Positions 30,607 through 41,759 of a stretch of DNA of 64,000 nucleotides are shown in pieces (position 1 is the stretch's first letter; every line of letters starts with the position of its first letter). Below the pieces are notes generated by a model, which made no database searches, was not told the DNA's origin, and was given only the letters and a program-made list of their open reading frames with translations. The DNA is from Cyanidioschyzon merolae (lineage: Eukaryota). The DNA lies in assembly GCA_000091205.1 (NCBI GenBank), contig AP006492.2; one strand, given 5' to 3'. Both the position numbers and the translations under genes were made by a program.

Positions 30607-33600
30607 ATGTCGTGCGCGGACGGAGCGCTAGCGTCTTTGATGACCACAGTGCATAACGCGATTGCAAACACGGCGACTTGTTTGCAGCAGTGTCTAGAGA
30701 CACTGACTGAGGACTTGAGGTCGCAGTTGTGCTCTGGGCAGCAACAGCAGGTCGTACCGCAGCGGCGCCGCGAGCTCTTCTTTCGTCTGCGTGCATGGGC
30801 TGCGGCCACTGCACGAAGCAAAGTTCGCATACTAGAGTTTGCGACGTCTGGTGCCAACGCGTTACGACAAAATGGCGTCATCAGTTTCGACGAACAGCTT
30901 TTAGAGTGGTTTGCTACGCAGCTTGCGCATGTTCAGCCTGAGGATAGAAACGGAAACTCTATCGTTTCTCCTCCAGAGACACACCATCTGGCAGCCTTGT
31001 TCGTGCTCGTGGAAGCGCTTCGAAGTTGGATTCAGGTCCAGACCAAGCTTGTCAACTTGCAGCGGACAGGTCAACACACGAAAAAGCGTGTGCAGGAGTT
31101 GGAAACTTTGGAGGAGTGGTATGAATGGTGGCGATCGAAGGGTCTAGCAGCCTTGTGGCGCATCGTAAGTGAGGCTTTCTTGAAGCTCCTTTACGGACTC
31201 GCTTCGGAGCGGGGACTGCTCGAGTTTCCAGCATCCAACCTCCGGAGCACAGCAGAAGCACATCTGGGCATGCGACTGTGGCTCATTTCAGTGTTAGAGC
31301 GTATGATGCTGCTTTGGATGGAGGTTTTTCTGCAAAATACTGTCGATCCTGCAGTGGAAATCAGCGACACCGACTCCTCGACAGAAAGCGAGCAGAGTAT
31401 TCACCTGCCGCCGAGTGGCTGGCCAGAAGCGCTCGCGCTCTACAGTGTTCGGCTTGTGCAGGGCGTTGCAGCCGTGTTCGCGTTCGCCTCCAGGGAGGCG
31501 TCCAGGTCATCACCATCATTATCATCATCATTACCGACGCCGTCGTCGCCGTATTTGAACCTTGCGCTAACCACCATGGAGGCTACACGCATCCTGAGTC
31601 GAGTACATTGCACCTGCTGGGCATCTCCAGAGCAAGCCAAACAGTTTCTGATCTCCCTCATGCGCGCACTCTTCAAAAGTACGGACCCGGCGCTCCGGAC
31701 GACATCAGCGGTCACCTTCGAGGAAGTCGCCCGCGACGCGCTTCACTTTGATGTTATGCGACTTGTGGTGCGGTCGCACGGTCTCGACGCCGTGTGCCTT
31801 GCGATGGAGCAGATAGCCGCGGGCGAGGTATCCAGCCCCAGCGGCTTATGGATGGCTCTCTGTCACTGCGGCTCAGCGTGGATGGAGTCGCCCGATGTAG
31901 TGAACGCTTTGGTCGCTGCGGATCTGCAGGAAGCAGAACAAACCGACGAGCGCATGGTTGACCTTGTTGATGGCTTCCTCAACATGTGGGACAGCACCCT
32001 CTGGCATGCGTCGCAGCGACAGGCCGCGCGAACCTTCACCGATGAATCGCCTGGACGTCCGCAGCAAGCAGCGGCCAGAGGCCTCGATTCGATACCCGAA
32101 GTTGCTCCAGACCATGAGCATTACGCTGGATTTTTCCTAGACTGTACGTACCAAATCATCGAAAGCTTTCTTGTGAGCTTCTTGCCACGGTACGTTTCGG
32201 CACTTGTTGCTCGCCAGTGTCCGCCAACATTGGACTGGTTCCCTGAGTCACAATGCAGCGCACGCCTTGCTGTAGTTGCATCATTGCTACGCTGGGCGAC
32301 GCGGCCTCGCCTTGCTGCAGAAACTAGTAGCTCAGGTGCGCCGATCTTACCCCATGGCCTACAACTTGTTGGAATCCTGGAACGGTTGGTGAATCAGACA
32401 CTCGCTCACTGGCAAGAAGCCGCGAATTCGACGAGCACCCCGGCCGGTGTATTGCTTGTGCTGCTTCTAACGCTTCTGGGCGAGTTGATAGGTGACGAAA
32501 ATCTCCACGACATGGACGCTTCAGCTTCAATGCATGTGCCCGCCGCCGTAATGCTGCAGACGTGCGCATCGCTGGGGATCGAGCATTGGTGCCCGTGGCT
32601 GGAGGCAGTGCTGCACCCGCCGGTTCGCATGCTGGCGGCAGTAGCGCAGCAGGCGCCGGCGCTGGCTACCTGTGCCTCCGGAACTCGCTCTGACGTCGAC
32701 CTGGCTGTGATGGCAACGTTATTCGATACGCTGCGTCGCTGGAGTGTTATCACTGGTCCGGGCCCAGATCCGCAGGCCGCCGTGCATCGCCTCTGTGCGA
32801 ACTGGCTGCTTCCCGCAGAAACCGCGGTGCATCTGAGGTCGCTCCTAGCGAGCAACCGTTTCGTTGAGCTGCTAGGATTCAGTGATGAAGCGCAAACATC
32901 GTGGCGCTTTCTCTGGCTCGACCGAATACGCCAAACACTGGATACGGTGTGCGTTCTTCACGCAACGAATGGAGCAGCAGCAGCAGCAGCAGCGCTGAAT
33001 CTGTTACTGCAGGCCTCACGTTCGTGGCCGTCACCTGCTAGCCTTGCGGCGGAGACTGCCTGGTGGGAGCAACTTGTAGCTCTAGCTTTGCCGCCCCAGG
33101 AGGAGCCCTGGTGTGAGCGAGGGTATCCATGGCGGCCCTCAGAGCTGATCCGCCTGGGTGAGTGCCTAGGCTGGGCAGCCACGAAGCTCCTTGCAGTGGA
33201 TGAAGTGCACACCATGGGCCCGCTCTCGTTGTGGTCCGCATGCGTGACCTGGTGGCTGCAGTGGATCCACCCGCGTGTAGCGACCCTGTCCAACGGCAAT
33301 GCAATTGACCACGTTCGCTCGGGTATGGCGGGAGCGGTGTCGCTCAGCCCTAGGGATGTTTCTCAGGTCGAAGAACGCGCATTGCATACACTTTGCTTGC
33401 TACGTGGCCTAAGCCGAGTCCTCCAGCGAATATCCATGCCAGACATCGTCGATCCGATGGATATTCTCGCCATAGCTCAGCAGGCGTTGTGCACCTTCTT
33501 TGCGATTTCGAGAAGCTGTTCGGGCGTGCTTCGGGCTGTGTTCTACTGGCTGGCTGATCTGGTGCGCGCGCGCGTTCTTTCGTTGCAGCGCCTGCTGGAG

Positions 33601-34653
33601 GCGCTCGGCGAGCCGCTTTTCCAGACCGCGCTGGAGACCTGGCTTGAGCCCATGGCGCGCGCAGATCGGTGGTGCACGCCCTCGAGCGATTTCGCCGGAT
33701 CCGTCGTCGACCACACGACTGAGAATCTGATCAGCTGGCTGGCGTTCTGGCGAGCAATCTGCGATCGTTGTCCGGTGCCTGCCTCGCAGCGATATGTGAG
33801 ATCAGGATCGGCACCGCACGCTGCAGGTGCGTCATCAGGTGCGCTCGCGCCAGCGGTGTACCAGCGTCTCTGGCAGATGGGACTGGGGCAGTTTCTAACA
33901 CTCTTGCACCGTGCCGATGCTCTCTGGCAGATACTGCAGGTACCCTGTCTGCAGTCAGAACTCGCCGCTGCGATTGCAGCAGCTGCCTGGTTGAGTATCC
34001 CATACGATACGTGCCTCTCTGTACATGATCGAAATGAATTGCGGAACGTGCTCTATGTGCTTTTGACTCGGGCGCATTCAGCATCTGTGGTATCCTCTGC
34101 CGCCGAGGCCGTCGCGGATATCTGGACACACCGAGAGGCGAGCGCTTACCAGATTAGCGAGGCGGTCTTGAATCCGCCCGATGGCGTGCCGAAGTCGGCA
34201 GCGGACGATCTCGACAGCGAGCGCGACGCCTGGATACGATTTGTGCCAGTTGTGCTGCAGCTTCTATTGACTGCTTTCGGAAGTTTCAGGACGCAGGAAG
34301 CCCTGGAGGACGCGCTTTTCCATATGCTGCTTGGAATGCGCTGTCCACCAGCTGTGCTTCATGCCCAGTTCATGCTTGTGGACTGGTTTGCGGTCCGCGC
34401 CGCGCTACTCGAACCAATCGGCACAGATCAGCATCTCGAGTGCAGTGCTGGCGGTGCCGCCAACGCAGTAGCCACCGAGCCTGTCGCGCGCTGCTGTCGA
34501 CTGGCGAGCGAAGCGCTCTGTGCTGTTGGATGTCGAGATCCGCACGATGCTACCAATGGTACAAGTGTTCAGGCATGCTTCCGCCGAGAATGGCGTCGCT
34601 GGCTACAAGCACTTCGCGTCCAGGTATTTCTAGAACAAGTTGCAGAGACCTAA
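30607..34653 (+). CDS. Large (~1348 aa) Leu/Ala-rich alpha-helical protein of unknown function
   Basis: Single uninterrupted ORF of 4.1 kb; ATG at 30607 (ORF-track GTG at 30532). No motif I can assign with confidence. Confidence 0.5.
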   Translation: MSCADGALASLMTTVHNAIANTATCLQQCLETLTEDLRSQLCSGQQQQVVPQRRRELFFRLRAWAAATARSKVRILEFATSGANALRQNGVISFDEQLLEWFATQLAHVQPEDRNGNSIVSPPETHHLAALFVLVEALRSWIQVQTKLVNLQRTGQHTKKRVQELETLEEWYEWWRSKGLAALWRIVSEAFLKLLYGLASERGLLEFPASNLRSTAEAHLGMRLWLISVLERMMLLWMEVFLQNTVDPAVEISDTDSSTESEQSIHLPPSGWPEALALYSVRLVQGVAAVFAFASREASRSSPSLSSSLPTPSSPYLNLALTTMEATRILSRVHCTCWASPEQAKQFLISLMRALFKSTDPALRTTSAVTFEEVARDALHFDVMRLVVRSHGLDAVCLAMEQIAAGEVSSPSGLWMALCHCGSAWMESPDVVNALVAADLQEAEQTDERMVDLVDGFLNMWDSTLWHASQRQAARTFTDESPGRPQQAAARGLDSIPEVAPDHEHYAGFFLDCTYQIIESFLVSFLPRYVSALVARQCPPTLDWFPESQCSARLAVVASLLRWATRPRLAAETSSSGAPILPHGLQLVGILERLVNQTLAHWQEAANSTSTPAGVLLVLLLTLLGELIGDENLHDMDASASMHVPAAVMLQTCASLGIEHWCPWLEAVLHPPVRMLAAVAQQAPALATCASGTRSDVDLAVMATLFDTLRRWSVITGPGPDPQAAVHRLCANWLLPAETAVHLRSLLASNRFVELLGFSDEAQTSWRFLWLDRIRQTLDTVCVLHATNGAAAAAAALNLLLQASRSWPSPASLAAETAWWEQLVALALPPQEEPWCERGYPWRPSELIRLGECLGWAATKLLAVDEVHTMGPLSLWSACVTWWLQWIHPRVATLSNGNAIDHVRSGMAGAVSLSPRDVSQVEERALHTLCLLRGLSRVLQRISMPDIVDPMDILAIAQQALCTFFAISRSCSGVLRAVFYWLADLVRARVLSLQRLLEALGEPLFQTALETWLEPMARADRWCTPSSDFAGSVVDHTTENLISWLAFWRAICDRCPVPASQRYVRSGSAPHAAGASSGALAPAVYQRLWQMGLGQFLTLLHRADALWQILQVPCLQSELAAAIAAAAWLSIPYDTCLSVHDRNELRNVLYVLLTRAHSASVVSSAAEAVADIWTHREASAYQISEAVLNPPDGVPKSAADDLDSERDAWIRFVPVVLQLLLTAFGSFRTQEALEDALFHMLLGMRCPPAVLHAQFMLVDWFAVRAALLEPIGTDQHLECSAGGAANAVATEPVARCCRLASEALCAVGCRDPHDATNGTSVQACFRREWRRWLQALRVQVFLEQVAET

Positions 34654-35799
34654 TGTTATAAATGCAAAGTCAGCGTAGCCGCGCTGGGTACCAGCTGCCG
34701 TTCACGTTGCAAGCGCTGCCGTCGGAGGCAGTATCAGGAACAGCAGCACGAGACGCTTCGCTGCCGGTGCCATCTCGGGGGTGCTCATTCGGCTCGCTCG
34801 GAACCGCTGGATATCGTGACGCAAACACGCCTGAGCGCAGAGGCACTGCACGTGACCCGGGCATCTATTCAATGCCGCAGTTGGCGCATTGCATGAAGAA
34901 AGCGCTTGTGACTTGCTGCTGCTTCGCGCTGGGCAATCTGCACTGGGTAAGCAAGGCATGCAATTCAAAGGCCCTGGGTTGTTCGCGAAATGCTTTCATC
35001 AGCGCGATGCGGCGTGTGCCTAAGACGTAAAGAACGCCGACCAGGCTGCGTCAACGGCATTTCAAGTTGTACAGCATCTGGTGGAGCGCGGCGAGTCGTT
35101 GTGGCCCATTGGGATGCGGTTGGCGGTTTCCGGCTCCAGGGTGCCGCCGATTCCCGCTGGATACGACGCAGGCGAACAGCTTCGGTTTGCCGCATCAAAG
35201 GCCGGCATACATGCAAACACCCGCGCGTTGTGCATTGAGTCTGTTTCCGAAAGGACATGCGTGCTATGGGGTGCGCGTGTCCATGTGCCACTGCTAGTGT
35301 TCCCGCCTCAGCGTTGCTGGTGTTGGCGAGAAAGGTAAAAGCGCCAAGCCCTCTGGCTGCGGATCCCGTTGATGCGCAGCCGCCCTGTGACAACTATGAG
35401 CACAAACCGCCATGCACGGCGGGCAGCTCTTCGTCGCATCGACGCCACATTCGTCAAGTCGGGGCACCGCAGCTTGCCCGCAGTGGACGGTACGGAATCC
35501 ATGCGGCACACACGAGGCCGTGCCAAAATTGTTCCTGGTGCGCACAGTCCAACATACGCTGCCAGTGTGCTGTGATCCCGTTTGGAGAAGTAGTCCAAGC
35601 TGAACGGTTCAGTGATCTCTGGCGCGAGAGGCAATCGTTCGGGGAGCAGCAGCGAGCTTCTATGCCGCCTCAGGTGCGACGCACGGAAGTCGTCATAAAC
35701 ACGAACGACGTCCAACGCGATCGCGTGTCACTCTAAAAGTCAGCAACACAAGTTCCTGTAGACGCCTCGGAACGCAAGGTCACCTCACCGCACGTAGTA

Positions 35800-35980
35800 G
35801 TTGCATGCATGCGCTTGCACACGTGTCCATGCATGCGTGACCATGCATGCGTGTGCATTCAATGCATGATCGCTGTACGCGTGTCCATGCATGCATGCGC
35901 TTGCACACGTGTCCATGCATGCGTGTGCATTCGATGCATGATCGCTGTATGCGTGCTTGCGTGCGTGCGCGTGCACGAAG
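35800..35980. repeat. Tandem repeat (~70-80 bp unit x2-3) rich in palindromic CATGCATG / GCATGC motifs
   Basis: 'gcttgcacacgtgtccatgcatgcgtg..catgcatgcgtgtgcattc[a/g]atgcatgatcgctgta[c/t]gcgtg' repeated; read directly. Confidence 0.6.
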
Positions 35981-36594
35981 GAATTCTTGGCCGAGAATCG
36001 ATGCATATAGTGTGCTCCGTGCATACTCTGACGCGCAGGAAAGGATAAAACACAATGCATACGAGCCGTAAGGTGGACCATTCATGATCCAGCATTTCCG
36101 AAACACCGTTCAGAGAGATTCCGCCGGAAACCCCATCGTGCGGGCACGCTACCGTTCGGCGCGCTCTGCGCATACGCGCCACTGATGCCCAGATATCATC
36201 CAGCTCTGGAAAAAGCGGTTTCGGGGACGCCTTGTGCGCTCCGCCGCCGACGTCGCACGGAGACGGTGCGGCTACGGTGCAGAGATCAGCGGCGAGTCGT
36301 GGCTCGGGATGCGCTGGCGCGCGGATGCGCTCGCGCGAATCGATGCTTATGGAAAGGATGGATATTCTGTACCTAAATATTCTATATTGTCACACGAAGT
36401 CCGGAATGCAGTGCCTCGCTCGATCGACTGTGGGGTGTTCGCGGGGCGCAGCGATCGCATCCGCAGATCGCAAGCCTTGCGGGCTCGCACATCGTGCGCT
36501 CGCAGCTGAGCTTTGCTCGTGAAGGCTCCGGGACCTGGGCGCACCACCGGACTCGGGCGGTGTATTTCCCGTTTCAGGGAAAATTGTTTCGCTT

Positions 36595-39072
36595 ATGCTG
36601 GAAGCGCACTGCTCGCTTCTGTTTGTGAACGCAAGTCGTCTAACTGCACCTGAAAGTCCGTTCGAATGGACCTCTTCAGTACAACGAGGTCGCAGGCTGT
36701 GCTCCTCTCGCGTTGCTGTTCAAGAGCGCTTTCAGCTGATTGCAGCAGCTGATGACAAAAGTGCGAACTCGAGCTCATCTCAGAAGCCTAAAAAGGAGGT
36801 TGGCCATGGCGGCTCTTCGTCGAGCGTAGGGCAGTCACCGGCGAACGGGGCAAGTGTCCCGCGGACGGAAGCAAAACCCAGCGGTTTCGCTGCCGCAGCG
36901 GACGGGGCGCGCGAAGCGCACAGCGCAGAGAAGCCTGATCAAAGCGCTGACGAAAGCGTGGAGCGCACTCCTGCCAGGAAGACCCCTGCTCGAGGGCAGC
37001 GACAGAGGCAGCTGACAGAGAACCTGGTACGTCTTGCCGATGCTGCCGGCAAGCCGATTGCTGCACTAGGCGGCGGAGCGAGGGCTCGTCTGGACGCCGC
37101 GATCGATGAAATTCTAAAAAACACCGATCCGCAGCAGGCGTCAAAACGACGAGCAGTAAGCGTACTGAAAGGCGCGGCGGACACGACCTGGACTTGGTGG
37201 CGGACGCAGGCGATTCCACGTTTCATTCGACCACGTCTACCGGAACCGCTCGCGTTGCGTAGCGACGAAGCCGTTGCAGCCGGGCTACATGCGTTATTTT
37301 TCGTCGTTTTCTTCGCGCTTCCAGGCCTCTTTCATGGCTCTCCTGGCACCGAGAAGGAAGCGCTAATCAAACGCCACGAACTCGAATCGCAGACGAGCCG
37401 CCTCGAGCAGCGACTCAGCCGTCCATCTGATGGTACCCAAGCACCAGAGAAGAAACCCAGAGACCAGGGAACGCAAATGAATGGCTCCAGGTCGGCACCG
37501 AAATCATTCGCCACGAAGGGTGGTGTTCCATCGGAGCTGTCGACTAGGGGTAGCGGGCGTGAGCCGTCCGCGGCAGTGCCGCCCAGAGCGCCTGCGCCCG
37601 AACCAAGTACACTGCCACCACGAGCGCTCGGAAATGTTGTCGCTGCACTGCGGGATGCACTCCCAGCAGAGCAGCGCGACTGGATCTCGGAGGCCTCTTA
37701 TGACAGCCTGTCTGCGGAGCCGCTCATTGTGGTTGAAGTTCGCCCGTCTACATTCTTCAAATCAACGCCCTCAGACCAAATCGCATTTACGACGAAGCTG
37801 CTCGATGCAGCGCAGAAACTGGGTGTCAATGCTCTACGCCTGGTGGACGGTGAGGGTAATACTGTTGCATCCGCCGGTGGACGTACAGTCGCCCTGTCTG
37901 GCACCGAGCGTCGTTTACAGACAGAAATCCGAGCGCTGCGCAAAGAGCTCGAGCGTGCTGGAGCGGAGACTGCAGCCGCGAGAAGTGAGACTGCCGCTGC
38001 GCGGGAAGAGCTTGCTATGGCAAAGGAAACGTACGCGAAGGAACGAGCCGAGCTGGAGCGAAACCTGCAAGCGATAAAGGCGGAGAATGTGCGCCTCGCT
38101 GCAGATCTGCAGGACGCACAGCGAGAACTTGAACAGCAGCCCGAACGAGAGGCGTTACTGGCTCGTGCAGAGCACGCCGAAGAGGAGCGCCAAAAATATG
38201 CAGTTGCTGTGGAATCCCTTGGTGAACAGGTTGCTGAAGCGCGCAGCGCTCAACAGAAAGCAGAGCAGGAAGCAGCGCAGGCTCGCTCCAAGGAGGCGGA
38301 GGCCAAAGAGCAACTGCGCTCAGCACTAAATGACATAGAGGCCAAGTTGGAAGGCCAACGAGCGCAGTTCGCGGCTGAACAGCAACAGCTGAAGGCCCAA
38401 CATGAAAAGGAACTGGCCGCGGCTCGTGAGGAAGCTCAGGCCGAGATACGGCGCCTTCGGGATGCGCTGGCTCACGCGGAGCAGAGCAAAGCCGAGGCCG
38501 TTTCGCAGGCACGCAGTGAAACTCAAGCCGAAATAGAGCAACTTAGGAAGCGACTTGCGGAAGCGGCCAAGGAGCGTGAAACGGCGGTAGCAGCGGCGAA
38601 GCAGGAAGCGGCCCAAAGCATGCAGGCGCTGGAAAAGAGGTTGCAGGAGGCAGCTGCCGAACAACAGCGACAGCTCGCGCAACTGGAAAAGCAATCACAA
38701 GAGCAAGTACGTGCACTCGAATCGCAGCTGGAAAAAGCAAAGTCGAATACCGAGACCGCAGTGCGAGAGGCCACGGCACGTCTCGAGAAAGAGACAGAGC
38801 GTTTGCTGCAGGCAAAGGAACAGGAGCTGGTAGCATCTCGCGCAGCTGTGGCCTCGCTCGAAGCAGATTCGGAGAAACAGATGAAGCGCCTACGGCAGGA
38901 GAGCGCCAGACAGATCGCCTCGCTTGAAAAGCAGATATCTAATGAAAGGAAAACGGCAGAGCAACTGCGCAAGCGCTTGCAGACTCTGGAGCAGCGGCTG
39001 CGTAGCCGACCAGGAGCGCCAGCAGAGTCAGAGACGCCAGCATCTTCGACGGCAACGCCAGCTACCAGTTGA
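36595..39072 (+). CDS. Coiled-coil protein (long E/Q/A/K-rich coiled coil, one hydrophobic segment), function unknown
   Basis: ATG at 36595. Hydrophobic 'AVAAGLHALFFVVFFALPGLF'; residues ~430-790 are a continuous heptad-like 'AELERNLQAIKAENVRLAADLQDAQRELEQQ..' coiled coil. Confidence 0.55.
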   Translation: MLEAHCSLLFVNASRLTAPESPFEWTSSVQRGRRLCSSRVAVQERFQLIAAADDKSANSSSSQKPKKEVGHGGSSSSVGQSPANGASVPRTEAKPSGFAAAADGAREAHSAEKPDQSADESVERTPARKTPARGQRQRQLTENLVRLADAAGKPIAALGGGARARLDAAIDEILKNTDPQQASKRRAVSVLKGAADTTWTWWRTQAIPRFIRPRLPEPLALRSDEAVAAGLHALFFVVFFALPGLFHGSPGTEKEALIKRHELESQTSRLEQRLSRPSDGTQAPEKKPRDQGTQMNGSRSAPKSFATKGGVPSELSTRGSGREPSAAVPPRAPAPEPSTLPPRALGNVVAALRDALPAEQRDWISEASYDSLSAEPLIVVEVRPSTFFKSTPSDQIAFTTKLLDAAQKLGVNALRLVDGEGNTVASAGGRTVALSGTERRLQTEIRALRKELERAGAETAAARSETAAAREELAMAKETYAKERAELERNLQAIKAENVRLAADLQDAQRELEQQPEREALLARAEHAEEERQKYAVAVESLGEQVAEARSAQQKAEQEAAQARSKEAEAKEQLRSALNDIEAKLEGQRAQFAAEQQQLKAQHEKELAAAREEAQAEIRRLRDALAHAEQSKAEAVSQARSETQAEIEQLRKRLAEAAKERETAVAAAKQEAAQSMQALEKRLQEAAAEQQRQLAQLEKQSQEQVRALESQLEKAKSNTETAVREATARLEKETERLLQAKEQELVASRAAVASLEADSEKQMKRLRQESARQIASLEKQISNERKTAEQLRKRLQTLEQRLRSRPGAPAESETPASSTATPATS

Positions 39073-39314
39073 TGCTGTTTTGGTGTCGCCGACTAGTCTT
39101 TACGGACTGATTCGCAAGATGCACCATAGCGATGCCGCGGCTATATCATGACAAGCGCGCGGCCAAACAGCGCTGCTTGAGGCGCTGCGCATGTGCACGT
39201 TTCGTTCTGCCAGCAACAGCACTAGTGGTGTAGGCCATACGCCGACAGTTTCAGGTGAAACGCGAACCGACGCTCAGCATCTGAACGCGCAGACGCCTCA
39301 GCTGTGTTGCTTGT

Positions 39315-40817
39315 TCAGTTTGCGCCAGGCGTCGTAGCTGTCGGATCTCGAACTGATGCCACGGGTTCTGGACGACAATTACCGTCACGATCTACAGACT
39401 CCTGTCCCGCTTCTTGGTTGCTTTCCGATGCAAGCCAGTCACGAATAGCCTGAACCAGGGGCGGGCCCCGTTGCATCTGGATTTGCTCCTGCGTCGACAG
39501 CCTTTTGAGGCCGACCACGCCGGCTGCGAGTTCGTCTTCACCGAGAATGGCGAGCACCGGGATGCCGCGTTCCAATGCATACTGCAGCTGTCGAGCCATC
39601 TTGGGTCGTTCAGCGTACAAACATTCCGCCGCTAGATGAGCGCGCCATAGCTCATCACATAATTTCAGACGCTGCACGAGATCTACCTTGCCAATGCCCA
39701 CCACAAGCACCTGCGTCTTGCTTGCGCGAATGACGCGGCCAGTGGCTTGGGCAAGTTCACGTTCAGCCTCCTCCATTAGGGAAAAGATTCTCTCTATACC
39801 GATTGAAGTGCCTACGCAGGGTACGGGTTTCCCGGCAAAGTCCTCCACCAAACGATCATAGCGTCCACCGGCACCGATAGAGCCCAGCGGTGTTGAACCG
39901 TCCGTGAGCACGGCCTCGAAAATGAGACCCGTGTAGTAGTCTAGGCCGCGGGCGAGGGCAAGGTTCAGCGTACAACGTTCCAGGACATTGCCCATCGCCT
40001 CCAGGTACGAAAACAAGCGCTCGAGATCGGCCAGTGCTTCCTCGGCTCCAAACTTGCCGCAACAGAGGCTGTGGTCGGCCTGGAGCTCGCGGAGCAGCTC
40101 CCTGGGCTTGCCCGCTCGCGTCACAAACTGGCCAATCCGATCCGCACATGGTGCGGTTAGGCCTTTCACGTCGATCATTTCCTTTCGTACAACATCCCAA
40201 GGCTCCTTGTCGAGTTTGTCAATCGATGAGCAAATGGGTCGCAGAAGCTCCTTCGGCACGCCACATAGCTGCAGAATCGCATCCAGTAGACCTCGGTGGC
40301 TCAGTTTTACCTGATAGGATCCCAGTCTCTGGCGATGATACGGGCTCAAAGCCGCAAACTCGTCCAACACTTCAATGAGGACTCGAAGGACCTCAGCATC
40401 CGGTACCATCGGAGGATGCTGACCAGCAATATCGAAGTCGCACTGGTAAAACTCGCGAAAGCGACCACGAGCGATCGCCGGCTGGTCTCGTCGGTACACC
40501 CGACCCAGTTGGTATCGCTTGAGGCTCACAATGCCGTGCGTCGCAAGAAAGCGCGCGAAAGGCACCGTCAAATCGTAGCGGAGGGAAAGCAACTCGCCGC
40601 CCTGATCGGCAATGTCGTAGATGAGCTTGCTCTCCTCACCGTACTGACCCAGAAGCGTCTCTTTCAACTCGAAAACAGGCGTTTCGATAGTCACTGCGCC
40701 GTGGCGTTCAAAAACAGAGGTCACGAGCGCGAAAACGCGTTGACGTATGGCCATCTGCTCGGGTAGGAAGTCGCGGGTGCCCTTGGGCACCTTGCAGACT
40801 CGTCTCCCCGTCGACAT
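39315..40817 (-). CDS. HARS: Histidyl-tRNA synthetase (class II aaRS, eukaryotic type)
   Basis: 'CKVPKGTRDFLPEQMAIRQRVFALVTSVFERHGAVTIETPVFELKETL..LRYDLTVPFARFLATHG..RRDQPAIARGRFREFYQCDFDIAG' = HisRS motif 1/2 regions. ATG 'MSTGRR' verified at 40817 (ORF-track start 41132 lies upstream). Confidence 0.85.
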   Translation of the reverse strand: MSTGRRVCKVPKGTRDFLPEQMAIRQRVFALVTSVFERHGAVTIETPVFELKETLLGQYGEESKLIYDIADQGGELLSLRYDLTVPFARFLATHGIVSLKRYQLGRVYRRDQPAIARGRFREFYQCDFDIAGQHPPMVPDAEVLRVLIEVLDEFAALSPYHRQRLGSYQVKLSHRGLLDAILQLCGVPKELLRPICSSIDKLDKEPWDVVRKEMIDVKGLTAPCADRIGQFVTRAGKPRELLRELQADHSLCCGKFGAEEALADLERLFSYLEAMGNVLERCTLNLALARGLDYYTGLIFEAVLTDGSTPLGSIGAGGRYDRLVEDFAGKPVPCVGTSIGIERIFSLMEEAERELAQATGRVIRASKTQVLVVGIGKVDLVQRLKLCDELWRAHLAAECLYAERPKMARQLQYALERGIPVLAILGEDELAAGVVGLKRLSTQEQIQMQRGPPLVQAIRDWLASESNQEAGQESVDRDGNCRPEPVASVRDPTATTPGAN

Positions 40818-41289
40818 CGCACACGTCCTCTCAAGCGCTCTCGTTCGTCGAGGTACTCGGGCACTGCACGAGCGAATGTGTGCAGTAGTTGACTGCGCCA
40901 GGAACGCACTACGAAACGACTTGCTCAAGGCGGCAGTCCGTAACGTTACTGCACAGAACATGAGTAATAAGCGTCGTCCCGAGGGTACGAAGTCGTCTGC
41001 GGCAGTCGACGACTGGCGGCGACGCGGCGATTGCGGCGCTTCTGGTTGACGATTTCTCTTTGTCTTGACAAAACGTTTACGTTGACCACGGATCACAGAC
41101 TGCGGGATGGATATCGGTTGTCGACAAAGCATCTGTCATACTGCGCCCTACCTCCAAACTCCATTTCGCATATCTCCTTTCGGATATACTGGCTGTTTCG
41201 CACGTTCCATCGTGCGGCGGTTTCTGGCTTTGAGCACCCGCCGCCGCGCCCCAACCATTTACACGGATGCATCACGGAGGCAGACTGAC

Positions 41290-41660
41290 ATTGCCATACC
41301 GTATGAGGCATCGGCTCGAGGCGCCGTTCCTTCAACACAGACTCCACGTGCATAGTCATTCTGGGAGCCTGCAAGTTCCGCACCCAGACGTACTGTCTGC
41401 TGCAGCGCGAAGCGAAATACCAGGAGTCTACTGCTACCAGGGCGACGCCCAAACACAGCCTAACTGCCCCTAATCCCAGAATGATTTGCGTTTCGGACGA
41501 GCTGCTCAGACCTCACTACAGCACCAGCTACTGGGTAGCGTACGGAGCGCCTGACCCGCGGACTCGTCCGGCTCGCAGGACCTTCCGCCGAAAAAGTAAA
41601 CGTTCCGCAGTATGGAAAACTTTTCCTCCTTTTATCGTTCATCGTAGAGAGGGAATGAAA
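41290..41660 (-). repeat. Copy R5 of the H-module repeat (no tail), abutting the 5' end of Fanzor copy B in divergent orientation
   Basis: Reverse complement reads 'gaacgtttactttttcggcggaaggtcctgcgagccggacgagtccgcggg..gctgtagtgaggtctgagcagctcgtccgaaacgcaaatcattctgg..acgtctgggtgcggaacttgcaggctccc..cctcgagccgatgcc', matching R1/R2/R4. Confidence 0.55.
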
Positions 41661-41759
41661 TATATATTTGCTGGTAAATCGAGAGTCTCTGTACAATTTT
41701 TTCATATAGCGCGTTCCATACGCGCACCCGGGAGATCAGGCCGTCACATGACACGACGG

